Source: Squalus acanthias (Eukaryota). Taken from it: a DNA stretch of 64,000 nt. The position numbers and the translations under genes were made by a program. The first letter of the stretch is position 1; the number at the start of each line of letters is the position of its first letter. The DNA lies in NCBI GenBank assembly GCA_030390025.1, contig JASTWF010000033.1:5334001-5398000 (forward strand). The letters run 5' to 3'. Below the pieces are notes generated by a model. That model worked only from the letters and a program-made list of their open reading frames with translations. It was not told where the DNA came from and did not search any database. Positions 60,908-64,000 of this stretch are shown here, one piece after another.

Positions 60908-61772
60908 CGCTCTCTGCAGAGCAATCCAGTCAGTCCCATTCCCCCGCTCTATCCCCGTAGCCCTGCAAAATTATTTCCCTCAAGTGCCTATCTAGTCTCT
61001 CCTTGAGAACATTGAGTGTCTCCGCTTCCACCAATTCTGTCGGTAGCGACTTCCAGTTTCTCACCACTCGCTGCGTAAAATAGTTTTTTTCTCACATCCC
61101 CCCTGTATCTCTTGCCCAAATCCTTAAATCTGTGTTCCCTAGTCCTTGTACCAAAACTAGTGGGAACAGCCTTTCCCCGTCTAGCTTATCCAAACCCGCC
61201 ATAATCTTGTACACATCTAAGAGATCACCCCTCACCTTCCTTTCCTCTAATGAAAACAAATCCAGCTTCTCCAACCTGTCCTTTTAGCTAAGATCCCCGG
61301 AACCATTCTGGTAAATCTCCTCTACACCCTCTCAAGGGCCTTCACATCCTTCCTAAAGTGTGGTGACCAGAGCTGGACGCAATACACCAGTTATGGCCTA
61401 ACCAGCACTTTTTAAAGGTTCAGCATAACTTCTCTACTTTTGTACTCAATACCTCTATTTATGAAGCCCAAGGTCCCATATGCTTTGTTAACCACTCTCT
61501 CAATATGTCCTGACACCTTCAGGGACATATGCACATTAACTCCCAGGTCCCTCTGTCCCTGCACACTCTTTAAAACTGTGCCATTAAGTGTGTATTGCCT
61601 CTCCTTGTTCCTTCTGCCAAAATGCATCACCTCACACTTCTCTGCATTAAATTCCATCTGCCCATTCTGCTAGCTTTTCTATGTCCTGTTGCAGTCGATT
61701 GGTATCATCCTCACTGTTTGCCACACCCCCAGGTTTGGTGTCATTGGCAAATTTAGAAATTCTACTCTGTAT
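60908..61772 (-). mobile_element. CR1 RT C-terminal fragment (no L2-tail insert)
   Basis: MEFNAEKCEVMHFG..QRDLGV; close relative of 1-835. Confidence 0.9.
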
Positions 61773-61814
61773 TCCTCAAACCTTGAATCTGTGTCCCCTA
61801 TTCCTTGTAACATC

Positions 61815-62195
61815 AACAATTACAAATGTAGAAAAGTTGTGCTGAACCTTCATAAAGTGCTTGTTAGGCCACAAATGGAGTATTGCGTCCAGTTCTGCTC
61901 ATCACACTTTAGGAAGGATGTGAAGGCCCAGACACAGATTTAAGGTTTTGGGCAAAGGGTCCAGGGGGGAACGAGTGGAAAAACTTGTTTACGCAGCGAG
62001 TGGTGAGGACCTGGAACTCGCTGCCAACAGAAGTGGTGGAAGCGGAGACACTCAATGTTCTCAAGGGGAGACTGGATAGGCTCTTGAGGGAAATAAACTT
62101 GCAGGGCTACGGGGATTGAGCGGGGGAATGGGACTGACTGGATTGCATGGCAGAGAGCCGGAACGGCTCCTTCTGTACCGTTATGACTCTATGAT
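61815..62195 (+). mobile_element. CR1 3' end with internal deletion
   Basis: LVRPQMEYCVQF..HFRKDVKA then 3' UTR and tgactctatg tail. Confidence 0.82.
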
Positions 62196-63371
62196 CTCGA
62201 GCCAAGCTGAAATTATGTTAAGTTCATTCTTCAGCAGCAGGTATGGTGCTGAGCCCAACACAGAAATGAAAATGGCCAGCCTCCACCCCCGGCCTGTGGT
62301 CTCTTAGTTCCTCATTTATTGGGCTACTGAGCAATACAGGAAGGGCTCAAGCCTAATGAATATCTTAATGCTCAGGATAATTTATCACTGCCCACGGACT
62401 CTCTGATTCCAGTCTTGCACAAGTTGCTAAGTTTCAAATGTAGCATTTTTCACACTGGCAAAGAATTGATTGATAGCCGTGCTGTGATAAGCTAAGTTTT
62501 TCAGGGAGATGCAGTGGGCAAGAAGATACATGAAAGACTATTGATAATTGTGACTGTTCTGACACTGTGAGCTACAGTTAAATGTGGGCAACATCTAAAG
62601 TGTCTAGTTCCAAATGTTGACAGAAAGGTTGAATCATTTCCTGCCAACTTTGAACAGCAGGAATTTTACAGAAGGCAAGGATGAGCATTTGTGAATTTAA
62701 GATAATTTTCACGCCAGGCAAACTTTTCGTACAAAATGACATTTTTTAGGTGACAACACAAAAGACATGTTTGCGAAACCACAGCAACAAGTGTGGGTAG
62801 GCATCCACTTGAAATATGTTTCCTTCTGTGCTTTTCTCAGAGACACAGCGAGACAGACAGAGAGTAGCCGTCGGGGAATTGAATAGTCACCACTATACTA
62901 TCAAGCACCTGGTTCAGGAAGTAGTTATGCAGTGCTTGAGACAAATGCTCAAACACACAAAGAGACAGACATGTGTGTGTGCTCTCTTTGTGTGTGTATG
63001 TCTCAGATATCCATCTGAGTTTCATGGATTCATGCAGCACAGAGGGAGGCCATTCGGCCCTTCGTACCTGTGCTGTCTCTTTGAAAGAGCAGTCGTGCTT
63101 AGTCCCAAACCCCAGCTTTTTGTGCGTAACCCTGTTAATCTATTTTTCTCTGTCACTCTCTCCCTCCTCCGTGCTCCACTCAAAAAGGAGAGGGAAACAG
63201 AGAGGGGGCACTATAGTAACGAGGAATTGGTGCAGGAAGTTGTTTTACATATCTTCATATGCCAGTACATCTTTTAACATTATTTTAGTTACTTCTTTTC
63301 TGTTCACCTTTTCCAAGAAGCATTTTAAGGAGCTGCCCAAAGGTTTAAAATTGGGGATGTTAAAAAGCGTC

Positions 63372-63437
63372 TTTCCCGTCGGGGAATTGAACCCCGGTCA
63401 CCCGCGTGACCAGGCAGGGATACTATACTAACGAGTA
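63372..63437 (-). pseudogene. tRNA-Asp(GTC) pseudogene (D-loop deletion); shorter Asp remnants at ~62868-62905 (-) and ~32996-33034 (+)
   Basis: ctcgttagtatagtatccctgcctggtcacgcgggtgaccggggttcaattccccgacggg on the minus strand. Confidence 0.85.
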
Positions 63438-63481
63438 ACTAACAGATGTAGAATCTGTCAGAGGAACAGTCGAGCTGTGAA

Positions 63482-63745
63482 CAGAGTGAGAAAGAGAGAG
63501 TAGAGAAGGACATAGAGAGAGACAGAGACAAAGAGAGAGATAGAGACAAAGAGAGAGACAGAGACAAAGAGAGAGACAGAGACAAAGAGAGAGACAAAGA
63601 GAGAGACAGAGAGAGAGACAGAGACAAAGAGAGAGACAGAGACAAAAAGAGAGACAGAGACACAGAGAGAGACAGAGAGAGAGACAGAGACAAAGAGAGA
63701 GACAGATTGCGACACAGAAAGAGAGACAGACACACAGAGCGAGAG
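63482..63745 (+). repeat. (GA)/(GACA)/(GACAAA) compound microsatellite
   Basis: direct inspection. Confidence 0.95.
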
Positions 63746-63764
63746 CCTCAGTTTGACGTATCAT

Positions 63765-64000
63765 AGAGTGGTCCCCGGGATGAGGGACTTCAGTTATGTG
63801 GAGAGACTGCAGAAGCTGGGATTGTTTTCCTCAGAAGGTTAAGAGGTAATTTAATGGAGGTTTTCAAAATGACAAGGGGTTTTGATAGAGTAAATAAGCA
63901 GAAACTTTTTCCAGTGGCAGGAGGTTCGGTAACCAAAGGACACCGATTGAAGATAACCGGCAAAAGAACGAGAGGGGAGATGAGGAAACATGTTTTACGC
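63765..64000 (+). mobile_element. CR1 3' coding fragment running off the window
   Basis: gatgagggacttcagttatgtggagagactg...ccagtggcaggaggttcggtaaccaaaggacac. Confidence 0.82.

Noticed and set aside
63423..63764. LCLS/SLSL/VSVS ORFs
   Set aside because: Translation of the GA-rich microsatellite.

Overview
Eukaryotic, repeat-rich vertebrate DNA, most likely from a cartilaginous fish (shark/ray). This rests on an HE1-type V-SINE, abundant CR1/HER1-type LINEs and a two-exon GPR139-like GPCR; the species cannot be determined. The window is a tRNA gene/pseudogene cluster (about 30 copies or fragments: Val, Gln, Pro, Lys, Phe, Trp, Leu, Asp, Glu, Ile) built from direct and inverted segmental duplications and heavily invaded by CR1, L2, Penelope-like and PIF/Harbinger elements. 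The only intact host protein-coding gene I can support is the GPCR (minus strand, 28598-28514 joined to 24236-23335, about 328 aa). Most notable: (i) three tRNA-Pro(CGG) copies with an insertion at the canonical intron position; (ii) Penelope-derived palindromic mini-elements with TSDs and minimal hammerhead-ribozyme cores; (iii) a ~740-bp Harbinger-type MITE family carrying hairpins, promoter-like motifs and splice donors, plus a decayed autonomous Harbinger; (iv) a fully foldable Val-scaffold tRNA with a CAT anticodon. LINE boundaries are approximate and all identifications were made by eye, without database searches.
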